Part shown: positions 23,642-39,239 of the stretch, in pieces
Layout of the letters: every line of letters begins with the position of its first letter
Position numbering within the stretch: position 1 is the first letter of the stretch
From: the human T2T-CHM13v2.0 reference genome, Homo sapiens
Reading direction: 5' to 3' (one strand)
Length of the DNA: 64,000 bases
Assembly (NCBI RefSeq): GCF_009914755.1
Contig: NC_060948.1
The notes under the pieces: model-generated
What the model saw: the letters and a program-made list of their open reading frames with translations, nothing else
Told to the model about the DNA's origin: nothing
Database searches by the model: none
Program-made: the position numbers and the translations under genes

Positions 23642-26521
23642 CTAATAGAACAGAAAATAAAGAATTGCTGCCTGTATCACATTGTTCAAATGAATGCAGG
23701 ACCATTCTGCAGGAGTCCTTGCCAAGATCCGGAGAGACTCTGCTGGGCTTTTGGTTGACATGTGACCTGCTTCAAGTTGCTCTTCCCTGTTCATTGACTT
23801 CAGGCCCCCAATCCCACTCCTTGCCACTGCATTCCACTTCACTTGGCTGAGATGAATACAAGTCACCCTCATCATGGCCGACTCCAACTGACATATCCTC
23901 CCTCCATGTCACAGGTTCTTGTCCTTTACACAGATCTCCTTTCTCTTCTTGAAAGCAAAGCCTACATTTCAACCTCTGCCTTTCATTATAATACCTCTCC
24001 TATCTGTATGACCCTGACTGAGCCACTGATCCCTATTTCTATACAGATCAGTTTTATAATTCTTACTCCCATAAAGATGCTCAACTCTGTTCTACTCTGA
24101 AAAACAGAACAGACATCAAACCCCTGCACTCCCCCAGCCATTCTAGCCATCTCACTGTTCATTTCCCACTTCCTCCAAATGGACAGCAGCCCTTCCTGGG
24201 GTTTTCACTATTATTCAGATAAGGATCCTTTCCATATCTTTTCCTCTATTCCTGCTCTCTTCACCTACCCTTGCATCCACAGTTCTGATAGTTTTCTACT
24301 ATACACATGTGAAATCCCCACAATACCAGCTTCATCATGGGTGTGATCATTCTAGTTTTTTGTTTTGTTTTGTTTTTTTGTTTTTTGTTTTTTTTTTTTT
24401 TTGTCATGCTCTTTCCATCCTCCATCTGCCCAGCAACCAGCGCTGGCACATTCATATTCCCTGTATTTCAGCTGCAACAGGGGTCTTCCACACCATCTCC
24501 CTGAAATACTTAAACAGCCCAGTCAGGACTCTCCTTGAAGTCAGTCTGTACCTTCTAGTAACTTGTGATCATTTCTACCAGGCATTTCCTGAGGCATTTC
24601 CTGTGTATCTGCTGTGCAGTGTCTCTGCTCTGGTAGAATTCAACACCATGGTAGTATGGGCTCCAATAATCTGCCTTTATCTTTCCATATCGATTTCCTG
24701 TAACACCACCAGCTTTGTACTAGAAATATTTCATCTCTCTCAACCCACTCACTGGGGCCTGGCCATGGCTGTGTCTTCCTTGCTTGTCATTTGCCTTTAC
24801 TGTATCCTCAGCCTGTATTAATCCCATGCTGTCATAAAGCCTGATATGACCTAACTGAAATGATAAAACCTAACTGAAATGTCATCTCCTCCTTATTTCT
24901 GAAGGGACAAGTAACCAAACCAGTCCAGCACCTTACTTGCACGATATCTTGCACCTGCTTCTTGAAAACCTACAGATACTTGTTTCGTCCACTTCTATTT
25001 TATCCAGGGAATGCCCATGTTTTAATAAATTGTCTCTTCCCTTTGCATCTTGGCACAGATCTCTGCATCTCACATGTTTAATTACATCTCATGCTCAGAA
25101 ACAATTTTACTGACCTTTCTCTTCAAGTTCTGACACGTAACTTATTTTTTTATAAAGCTAGCAATGCTAATAACAAGAAAAATTCATAGGCTTACAGGAG
25201 GATTCTGCACCCTTTTGCTCTTCCTTATTTTAAAGTCATCAGCAGGGAGTTAGTTAGTTTCACGAATAAGAGAGAAGCAACACAATTTTTTCTCTCATTA
25301 CCACCCATCTCGTCTCAATACTTCTGATGAAATTAAAATACAAAAAGGGACAATTTCTGCAGACAGAAATGCAACTTCCTCCTTGTTTAAAGAAGAAACA
25401 AAAGTTACTCTAAAGTGAGATTGCTTTCTTATGTGGAATAGTATTCTCAAAATAGCAATGTTGTTTAAGCACATTTATATTGAGAAATAAATAGGAAGAA
25501 CAAACTACTTTTCTACTCTGGTGTGTATTTTGCACCTGTATGGTGGAATACAGAAATGTCTTTGGACACAAAGGCAAAGAAATAAAGTATGTTTATTGGG
25601 TACCTCATAGCAGAGACAACAAATTTCAGCCTTTTCCATATCATCTGTGCCCATGCAGAGGTGAAATGATGAATATAAAAATTTCTCAATAACAACTATG
25701 TTACTCGCTATGCTGCTTAAAAATTTTAAGGCAAATATTATAATGTACATTCTCTCTGAGAGGTAGAACACCTTGTTACTCAGTTGATTTCGTTTATTCT
25801 ATCATGTTATTTTTATTCCCTTGCTTAGGCCTGTGAAAAATGGCTGCCTGTCAGAAACTCCCTCTTGTGGCCATGTCACCTATGCATCAGCTGCAACCGG
25901 TTTCTTCTGCAGTCCTGGGTAATGGCTTGCTGACCATCTGCCTCAATGTCTAGAAATCAGGAAGACAAAGGCTTGGTTTGGTTCACTGTTGTATGTTCAG
26001 CCCCAAGGAAAGTGCCCAGCAGACAGAGGCTCTAGATCAAGTCTCACTGAGTGCTTTCCAAAGCAGATTTACTCGGGAATCAGCAAAACACAATTTCTCA
26101 AAATCCCTTGCCTATTTAAGTAATTCTATGTGTTCCTCAGTGCCATGAATACACCCAAAAAACTGCTAACCAGACGTTTTGGTAATGTTTTGAAGAAGAT
26201 GTATTTTCAATATTTGTGGGGAACAAAGAGGTGGCTTAACTTGAGAAATTATCTTTCATATTTGAGGATTAAACACTTTGATCCCAAAAGAAAGGATCCT
26301 GGATGTTTGCTCAGCCCTGGAACAAAAGTGCAAAGCTCCAACATCTCTCTTCCCATCTCCCTCCATCTCCAGCAAGGAAAGTTGGTAATCTTAAAGAAGG
26401 CTGGAATAAGAAAGTGGGACAGACAAGAGAAGTCTGATGGCCAGTTTTTGTATAGTGCTAAGTTAAACCAGTGTTACAGCTTTTCCAAAAATTGAAATAC
26501 GAAATCTATTTCCCCAATTCC

Positions 26522-29978
<3,457 letters not shown>

Positions 29979-30275
29979 AAGAAATACATTCTCTAAAATC
30001 ACTCATTTTAAATCTGATAAGTTAATGATGTATTTATGAGCTTAGCTCAAACTCTGAAATTTGTCATGCTGAGATTTTTAAAAGTAAACAGACACAACCA
30101 TAAAAAGTTTCATGATAGGAAAATGAGGTGATGCAGCTGTACTTGTAGTTTTATCACAGAATAAAAATGTTCCAATTTGTAGCTGCTTTTTTTTAATACC
30201 AATAGATATGTTTCACCAAAACTAATTTTTCTACAACTTCAACTTATAAAAACTGATACTTATGTTGAAACTTAC

Positions 30276-30376
30276 CTTTAAAAGGTGAGTCAAATTAGTC
30301 ATTGTCCTTAAAATTTAGCTTGTTGACAACTGAAAATTCACTTTTGTCTTGAAGTTCCCTCTGTCTGTGGTAAAGG
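30276..30376 (-). pseudogene. OFD1P: OFD1 exon 18 remnant
   Basis: tag|..[32 protein letters not shown]|gtaag, versus [33 protein letters not shown]; 101 nt. Confidence 0.92.
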
Positions 30377-30832
30377 CTAGATTGGAAAAATAAAATTCAT
30401 GAATATGAAGTTCTAATAATGGAAAACCCAAGAGCATCAGGTGGCAAAAATCCTTCTGTTACTCAAGAAAATGCTCTGAAAAATTTCTTTTCTCTTTTTT
30501 TTGTAAAGATTACTCCACCTCACCACCATCATGAGGCACTGTTCTCAGCAATTAATACCTGCTTACTCAGTTACTCACTGTAACTATGTTATACTGTGAA
30601 GTGGGTACTACAGTTGTTAAGGAAGAATAATGTTGGACTCTGAATGCTACTCCTAGGAGTTTACTTTTTCAATAATGATAAAACATTTCCAAAACAATTT
30701 CTGCATATAATCAGCATGAGCCAGATGAGGAGGCATTAGCAAAAAATTGAGTGAACAGAGTGCCCTACTTAGCATATGTGTGTGTCTTATCCTTCCTTTT
30801 CGCTTATCACAAGTACAAAAAAAAAAATAACC

Positions 30833-30967
30833 TGGCCATGTGTGGTGGATCATGCCTGTAATCCTAGCACTTTAGAAGGCTGAGGCTTGCAGATTACTTG
30901 GTCAGGAGCTTGAGACCATCCTGGCCAACATGGTGAAAACCCGTCTCTACTAAAAATATAAAAATTA
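30833..30967 (+). mobile_element. Alu left arm (right arm at 43042-43200)
   Basis: Ends at the A-rich linker aaaaatataaaaattag, immediately before the L1 5' end. Confidence 0.9.
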
Positions 30968-33900
30968 GGTGGAGCCAAGATGGCCAAATAGGAACAGTTC
31001 CAGTCTACAGCTCCCAGCAAGAGCGATGCAGAAGATGGCTGATTTCTGCATTTCCAACTGAGGTACCGGGTTCATCTCACTGTGGAGTGTTGGAAGGTGG
31101 GTGCAGGACAGTGGATGCAGCATAGTGAGCATGACCCAAAGCAGGGTGTGGCATCACCTCACCTGGGAAGTGCAAAGGGTCAGGGAATTCCCTCCCTAGT
31201 CAAAGAAAGGGGTGACAGATGGCACCTGGAAAATCAGGTCACTCCCACCCTAATACTGCACTTTTCCAATGGTCTTAGCAAATGGCATACCAGAAGATTA
31301 TATCCTGTGCCTGGCTCAGAGGGTCTTATGCCCAAGGAGCCTCACTCATTGCTAGCACAGCAGTCTGAGATTAAACTCCAAGGGGGCAGCGAGGCTGGGG
31401 AAGGGACACCCATGATTGCTGAGGCTTGAGTAGGTAAATAAAGAGGCTGGGAACCTCGAACTGGGTGGAGCCCACCGCAACTCAAGGAGGCCTGCTTGCC
31501 TGTGTAGACTCCATCTCTGTGGGCAAGGCATAACCAAACAAAAGGCAGCAGAAATCTCTGCTGACTTAAATGTCCCTATCTGACAGCTTGAAGAGAGTAG
31601 TGGTTCTCCCAGCATGCAGCTGGAGATCTGAGAATGGAAAGACTGCATCTTCAAGTGGGTCCCTGACCCCCAAGTAGCCTAACTGGGCGACATCCCCCAC
31701 TGGGGGCTGACTGACACCTCATACAGCAGGGTACTCCTCTGAAACAAAACTTCCAGAGGAACGATCAGGCAGCAATATTTGCTCTTCACCAATATCCGCT
31801 GTTCTGCAGCCTCTGCTGCTGATATTCAGGCCAACAGGGTCTGGAGTGGTCATCCAGCAAATTCCAACTGACCTGCAGCTGAGGGTCCTGACTGTTAGAA
31901 GGGAAACTAACAAACAGAAAGGACATCCACACCAAAACCCCATCTGTATGTCACCATCATCAAAGACCAAAGGTAGACAAAACCACAAAGATGGGGGAAA
32001 AAACAGAGCAGAAAAACTGGAAACTCTAAAAATCAGAGCACCTCTCCTCCTCCAAAGGAATGCAGCTCCTCACCAGCAATGGAACAAAGCTGAATGGAGA
32101 ATGACTTTGGCCAATTGAGACAAGAAGTCTTCAGACAATCAAACTACTCCAAGCTAAATGAGAAAGTTCAAACCCATGGCAAAGAAGTTAAAATCCTTAA
32201 CAAAAAAATTAGACGAATGGCTAACTAGAATAACCAATGCAGAGAAGTCCTTCAAGGACCTGATGGAACTGAAAACCAAGGCAAGAGAACTATGTGATGA
32301 ATGCACAAGCCTCAGTAGCAGATCAGTTGGAATTTGCTGGATGACCACTGCTGTATGAGATACAGCTACTACTGGATCTGCACTGAATCTGCTACTGGAT
32401 CAACTGGAAGAAAGGGTCTCAGTGATGGAAGATGAAATGAATGAAGTGGAGAAGAGAAGTTTAGAGAAAAAGGAATAAAAAGAAACAAAGAAAGCCTCCA
32501 AGAAATATGGGAATATGTGAAAAGACCAAATCTACATCTGATTTGTGTACCTGAAAGTGACGGGGAGAATGGAACCAAGTTGGAAAACACTCTGCAGGAT
32601 ATTATCCAGGAGAACTTCCCCAATCTAGCAAGGCAGGCCAATATTCAAATTCAGGAAATACAGAGAACACCACAAAGATACTCCTCAAGAAGAGCAACTC
32701 CAAGACACATAATTGGCAGATTCACCAAAGTTGAAAACAAGGAAAAAATGTTAAGGACAGTCAGAGAGAAAGGTTGGGTTACCCACAAAGGGAAGCCCAA
32801 CACACTAACAGCTGATCTCTCAGCATAAACTCTACAAGCCAGAAGAGAGTGGGGGCCAATATTCAACATTCTTAAAGAAATGAATTTTCAACCCAGAATT
32901 TCATATCCAGCCAAACGAAGCTTCATAAGTGAAGGAGAAATAAAATCCTTTACAAAGAAGCAAATGCTGAGAGATTTTGTCACCACCAGGCCTGCCCCAA
33001 AACAGCTCTTGAAGGAAGCACTAAACATGGAAAGGAACAACCAGTACCAGCCACTGCAAAAACATACCAAATTGTAAAGACCATTGAGGCTAGAAAGAAA
33101 CTGCATCAACTAACAAGAAAAATAATCAGCTAATATCATAATGAAAGGATCAAATTCACACAAAACAAAACCAAAGCCAAAATGGACAAATGGGATCTAA
33201 AGAAACTAAAGAGCTTCTGCACAGCAAAAGAAACTACCATCAGAGTGAGCAGGCAACCTACAGAATGGGAGAAAATTTTTGCAATCTACTTATCTGACAA
33301 AGGGCTAATATCCAGAAGCCACAATGAACTCCAACAAATTTACAAGGAAAAAAAAAAAAAAAACCCATCAAAAAGTGGACTAAGGATATGAAGAGACACT
33401 TCTTAAAAGAAGACATTTATGCAGCCAAAAGACACATGAAAAAATGCTCATCATCACTAGCCATCAGAGAAATGTAAATCAAAACCTCAATGAGATACCA
33501 TCTCACACTAGTTAGAATGGCAATCATTAAAAATCAGGAAACAACAGATGCTGGAGAGGATGTGGAGAAATAGGAACACTTTTACACTGTTGGTGGGACT
33601 GTGAACTAGTTCAACCATTGTGAATGTCAGTGTGGCAAGTCCTCAGGGATCTAGAACTAGAAATACCATTTGACCCAGCCATCCCTATTACTGGGTATAT
33701 ACACAAAAGATTACAAAACATGCTGCTATAAAGACACATGCACACGTATGTTTATTGTGGCACTGTTCACAATAGCAAAGACTTGGAACCAACCCAAGTG
33801 TCCAACAGTGATAGACTAGATCAAGAAAATGTAGCACATATACAACATGGAATACTATGCAGCCATAAAAAAATGTTGAATTCATGTCCTTTGTGGGGAC

Positions 33901-34034
33901 ATGCATGAAGCTGGAAACCATCATTCTCAGCAAACTATCACAAGGAGAAATACCCAAACACCACATATTCTCACTCATAGGTGGGAACTGAACGATGAGA
34001 ACACAGGGACACAGGAAGAGGAAAATGACACACA
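30968..34034 (+). mobile_element. L1PA (approx. PA4-5): 5'UTR, ORF1, start of ORF2, then a jump at ~33165 to the ORF2 C-terminus / 3'UTR; truncated
   Basis: gtggagccaagatggcc start; ORF1 fragments (KRPNL..., NFQPRISYPAK); ORF2 ATG at ~33141 joined to AKMDKWDL. Confidence 0.93.
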
Positions 34035-34039
34035 TTAAG

Positions 34040-34285
34040 AAATACACCTCCCTAGCTACAAGTTTCATTTGAATAACTTGATTTCCATAAATAATGCCAA
34101 TGCACTTACACCAGTTAAAATGTACCAATATCTGGATCTCTGACTCATTGAAAAATTACTGAGCCAAGTAAAAACTCCAACAAATATATTTCTCTACATA
34201 CAATTTAGCCCGGAATAACTTGAATTCTATCAATAATGCCAGCCCACATACACCACTTAAAGTCTGCTAATGTCTAGATTTCACA
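34040..34285. repeat. Diverged direct repeat, period ~142 bp
   Basis: gaataacttgatttccataaataatgccaatgcacttacaccagttaaa (34071) vs gaataacttgaattctatcaataatgccagcccacatacaccacttaaa (34213). Confidence 0.75.
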
Positions 34286-34718
34286 TTGTCTGCCTGGTCC
34301 CAAGAATGTGCCTAACTAGCATAGCTTTTCCTTCATATATTAAATAACTTTTTTTTTTTTTTGTATTGAGCAGCAATCTTTTAATCTCAGGGAGAAAGCA
34401 AAGTCTGTCTCTGTAGGGGTTTTGCTTTGTGGATTACTCTCTAGCATTAAGAAGAGAACCTGTACGTCAGGTGCTTATTTGTTTGGATTCTTTTAAAACA
34501 AGAAAGAGCATAAATATATTGAATCCTGGATGTCTACTTTAAAATCATCTATCAAATATCTTTCTTAAACAGTAGAGAGTACTTGACGGTTATTTCTGTT
34601 TAACAGCTTCTGCAAAAGAAGAATTATCTAGCCCCAACTATAATTCTTGAAAACCTGGTATTTGCTTGGCTTCTTTATTACAAGATTCTAGCAACTTTTG
34701 TATCATAAGACACATTCA

Positions 34719-35536
34719 TTTTCTTAATCCAGTCTATCATTGTTGGACATTTGGGTTGGTTCCAAGTCTTTGCTATTGTGAATAATGCCGCAATAAACAT
34801 ACGTGTACATGTGTCTTTATAGCAGCATGATTTATAGTCCTTTGGGTATATACCCAGTAATGGGATGGCTGGGTCAAATGGTATTTCCAGTTCTAGATCC
34901 CTGAGGAATCGCCACACTGACTTCCACAATGGTTGAACTAGTTTACAGTCCCACCAACAGTGTAAAAGTGTTCCTATTTCTCCACATCCTTTCCAGCACC
35001 TGTTGTTTCCTGACTTTTTAATGATTGTCATTCTAACTGGTGTGAGATGGTATCTCATTGTGGTTTAGATTTGCATTTCTCTGATGGCCAGTGATGATGA
35101 GCATTTTTTCATGTGTTTTTTGGCTGCATATGGCACATATACACCATGGAATACTATGCAGCCATAAAAAATGATGAGTTCATGTCCTTTGTAGGGACAT
35201 GGATGAAATTGGAAATCATCATTCTCAGTAAACTATCACAAGAACAAAAAACCAAACACTGCATATTCTCACTCATAGGTGGGAATTGAACAATGAGATC
35301 ACATGGACACACGAAGGGGAATATCACACTCTGGGGGCTGTTGAGGGGTGGGGCGAGTGGGGAGGGATAGCATTGGGAGATATACCTAACGCTAGATGAC
35401 GAGTTAGTGGGTGCAGCGCACCAGCATGGCACATGTATACGTATGTAACTAACCTGCACAATGTGCACATGTACCCTAAAACTTAAAGTATAATAATAAA
35501 AAAAGAAAAATGTTCACACACACACACACACACAAA
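34719..35536 (+). mobile_element. L1PA2-like, 5'-inverted (twin-primed) insertion
   Basis: Inverted segment 34719-35130, forward segment 35131-35510, poly-A; 12-bp TSD aagacacattca at 34707-34718 and 35537-35548; 3'UTR gatgacGAGttagt. Confidence 0.93.
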
Positions 35537-37652
35537 AAGACACATTCAGTATCTGTCTTATAAAAACGTTATGCATAATGTGTATGCATAATGTGGTGTG
35601 CCAATATACATATGTTGATGTGTATTGTGTATGCCTTCCAGCTGTAGTGAAATTTAGCTCTTCACCAATCATCAGTGACTGAATTTTCTTTCTTGGGACC
35701 CCAGAAACTTAGACTGTCTACAGTTTCATTTGCTATATTAGCGTTGCACAGAAATTATTAAAATGTAATGAGAAAGAAAAGGGGAGAAATATAAACTCTA
35801 TGGTTTAGCTTCTAATCATAAATCAACATAATTGACTTCACCCCATTTATCTCAACTTGAACAACCAAATTTTTCAAAAGCTTCTTAACATCTCTGATTT
35901 ATAAAAAACACAGATTGGGTTAAGAAACCTTGAAAATATAATATCAGAAAGTTCTACATGTACGCCTTTCTTTACAATTTTCAGAAGATATAGTCCAACG
36001 CTATCAATTTTTTATAGGCACCTGAGACTCTAGATATTAAAATACTTAGATTTTAGAATATTTATCTTCATTTCTAGCATCTAACCACTAGATGCTAAAA
36101 GCAACCTTAAGAATTCCACTCCCAGTCATGAATCAGGCTTAGAGTAAAATCTATTGATCTATAGAAAACCCTAGAAAATCACAAGGAATGTGTGTCAGCT
36201 CCATGAGCTCATCAATAATTGTTCCCCTTCCACACTATGCTTCAGCCACGGTGATCTTGCCATTTTTCCTAACACGATAAGCAGGCTTATGCCAGGAGTC
36301 TTTACACTTTTTGATCCTACTGCATAATTACAGGCTTATTCTCTTGTTCTTTCATTTAGGTATTGACAGTCTCCATGTAAGCAAATTATTTTATAAGTTT
36401 TTTATATACAACCAAAACGTACTTGGTAATATAGAATCCTGCCTAATGTATTTTATATGGAATTGATAACCTCACTTAAGAACAAAGCAAAAGCAAAACA
36501 AAGCCGGCTTTATACTATTACCACCTAATATTCAGGAATCCAAATTAGTAGATTGACTTATTTTACTCAACGTTAGTAACAGGTAAAATTATAAATCTTC
36601 TAAATATAAATAAACTCATGTGAAAATACAATTATCGCTTCATAAATAACAAGTAATTAAAAAAATTGTCTAGACCTTGGAAACCAATAATTATTTATAT
36701 CAACCAATCAAAGAGTTAATCAAGAAAGACAAGTTGAAACCGCTGGGAAATTTTTTGCGGTCTTTGCATTCAACCATCCAGGCACAGATGACGTTTCAAA
36801 AGTTAAATTCCACATTCGCAAAGTGAGGCTGGGATTTCTGATCTAGGAAGGTGTGAAGAATAATGTCTGTGCTAATTTATTGAGTTTGTTCTACCCTTTA
36901 GGGGTTACATAAATTATTGATGAGGCACACTTATCTCTGTTTTGTCTGATGCAGAACTGATTTATAGTTAAAAATGTTAAGCACAGGTAACTAACATTTA
37001 AGTCCTGGGAGCAAAGGATACCGTTGATGTATAAAATAGACAACGTGTAAAATAAAGTAAAAGATGAATAGATCTTTATTTCAAAAAAAATCTTGACTTT
37101 CAAAAGTATTAAAATAACCTGAGGTATTTAAAAACTTAGTTACATAAACATAACAGAAGATATTTTCAAAAATGCGCAAAACTCTAAGCATTAATTCAGA
37201 AAATTAGCTATAATTTTAATGTGAGAAGAAAGTGAAGGCTAACGCAGAATTTTAAGCTATCTCCCTACATGATAAAGGGGAGTGTTAATACAGACCCAAT
37301 TTTAAAAATTGATATTTTTATATTACACTCTGTCAAAACGCTGTTGGAATTCCAGCTAAGCCTTAAACAACAAAGGGCACATCTTGAATAAATAAAGAAT
37401 ACCTGACTATCAGAGTTAACATGTTATAATATTTTAAATATAGCATTCTAAAAAATAAAAGCACAAAAAATCCCACAAATTTATGGCTAATGTGAAGTAA
37501 AAACACAAACTGAAACTGTCCTAAACTTTTTAGACAAAAACTTTAAACCTGCAGTTTTAAGTATGAACAAATAAAAAATGACAGATGAAAGATAAAAGAT
37601 CAACATGGGAATATCAGTGAGATTGGAACAGGAATTAAAAGAAATTAAAGAA

Positions 37653-38590
37653 TGTGTAAGCAGAAACTCAGTTGTATGTAAGAAAACCAATCACCCCTTA
37701 TTCAGCCTGTGACCCAGGAAATAATCAGCTATATGTATGTTATGACCCTAAGTGCTTACCCTGTGAATTCTGGTTTGAGGTACATATTAAATCAGAGGGA
37801 GAAAAAGAAGGAGAGTTTATAGGTCAACATGAAGAAGCCCCTCCCTCCTATAAAGGGCCTATTCTCTTGTACTTTGATGCCTGCCAGGCTGGGGATGATC
37901 ATAATCTTAAAACAAAACAAAACAAAACAGAAACAGAAGCAGTCCGCGGTGGTTTGACACAAGAAAGGTTTAACAGCAGCAGTCTCAAATATCTAGATGG
38001 AGACCACAAATCGGATACCCAGACTGTAACATTCAGTGATCTATACTAACACAGCTCCTTAAAGCCAGAGCTACCTTTTTGGTCTAAAGGATGCACAGCA
38101 CTATTACAAGTTGATAGACAAGGAGCTGGCTCTGGAATTCTGCTACTAACTGTCAAAAAGGCTAGAAGTAAGCATTTTGATCAGTCAATGCCTGAGCTTT
38201 CCCCATCAACCAAAAATGTGTTTGTTCAACTAGCTGAAAACATAGCTGGCGGCTGAGGAATTTCCTCATGCTATGTAAGTGTAGGAACTAATACGGGGGA
38301 CCAGTGGCCATGGGGGGGCAAAGGAATTAATGCCACAAGATAACTTCACTTCGCCAAACCCTACCAATAAAGCCAGCAGTCTCAGCCAGTGTTTGCTTGT
38401 TGCAAATCTCCATAATTGGAAAGTCTTGTATTGCCTGATGGGAAAAGGCAGAATGCTTAAAAGGTAACTTAACTCTTTGTTCAGGGCTCAGTCCTTCAGA
38501 GGTTAATCTGAGTGGGCCGGTGCATCTACATAATAAGTATCCTCCTCAACCCCATCGGTCCCTCTGACTCCTTAAAAAAGTCCTTCCAGA
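37653..38590 (+). mobile_element. Collapsed ERV3/HERV-ERI-like remnant: env SU pieces joined to an LTR 3' end, inside an old L1M ORF1 fragment
   Basis: YSACDPGNNQLYVCYDPK, LYFDAC, FVQLAENIAG..SSCYV, DQWPW; 38470-38590 (gttcagggctcagtc...atcctcctc...cccatcggtc) resembles the U5 end of the 5705 LTR. Confidence 0.8.
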
Positions 38591-38942
38591 AGACAAATTA
38601 AAAAAGAAAACCTGAAAAATCTAGAGATAAGAAGCACAATTACTTGGATTAAAAAAAAACTATTAAATAACTTTAACAACAGATTGAGCTTCAGTAAATC
38701 TGAAGACATAAAAATTGAAACAGCCTAAAATGAGAGCAAATATCTTTGTGTCTTGTCAATGAAAATACTTTAAAATTTCCTATTCTGGAGTGTTCTGAAG
38801 AAGAAATAAGAAACCACTTGAAAAGAAAGGTTGGTGGAAATTTTACAGAAGTGCTGATTTTTCACCAACTGTTTCCTGTTCTACTTTCCAGCCCCTTTGT
38901 ATCTCCATCTTATAAATTGGGCAAATAATATTTTTCTTTCAG

Positions 38943-39087
38943 AATAGTGTTAAAAACTCAGGTGAAATGGCTATTGAAGAGCTAATACTGGAAGACCAGG
39001 TTAGAGTAAGAAAAGAGTTATTGGTCCTTCAAACTTCAGAGGGATATGACACATGTACTGTAAAACAGGAGCTAATCTTATTCTAAA
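38943..39087 (+). pseudogene. USP9YP: USP9Y/USP9X-like isolated exon remnant
   Basis: tttctttcag|NSVKNSGEMAIEELILEDQVRVRKELLVLQTSE...CKTGANLI, versus USP9Y [35 protein letters not shown]...CEKGGANLIK. Confidence 0.8.
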
Positions 39088-39239
39088 GAGTTCTTAGCTT
39101 TGGCACTAACACTATTGCTCATGGCCTTATAAATGTTTGTTATCAAATCTATCTAATTAAACCCTGTATGTGGTGTCTTTGAGTAATCATCTTGATTTTT
39201 TTCTTGACCTATTTTCTCTTAAAAGGTTTTTTTTAACTC

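Larger units (their letters stand above)
19113..26342. repeat. Segmental duplicate, copy B, of the GPM6B/OFD1 3' block
   Basis: Colinear with 1-5704; retains OFD1 exons 20, 22 and 23, which copy A lacks. Confidence 0.92.

Noticed and set aside
34360-34475. Possible additional exon ending in tcag|gtgctt
   Set aside because: I could not match the translation to USP9Y or any other protein.
36072-36100. Small hairpin tagcatcta-accac-tagatgcta
   Set aside because: Short stem, likely a DNA-transposon relic or chance; no ncRNA features.
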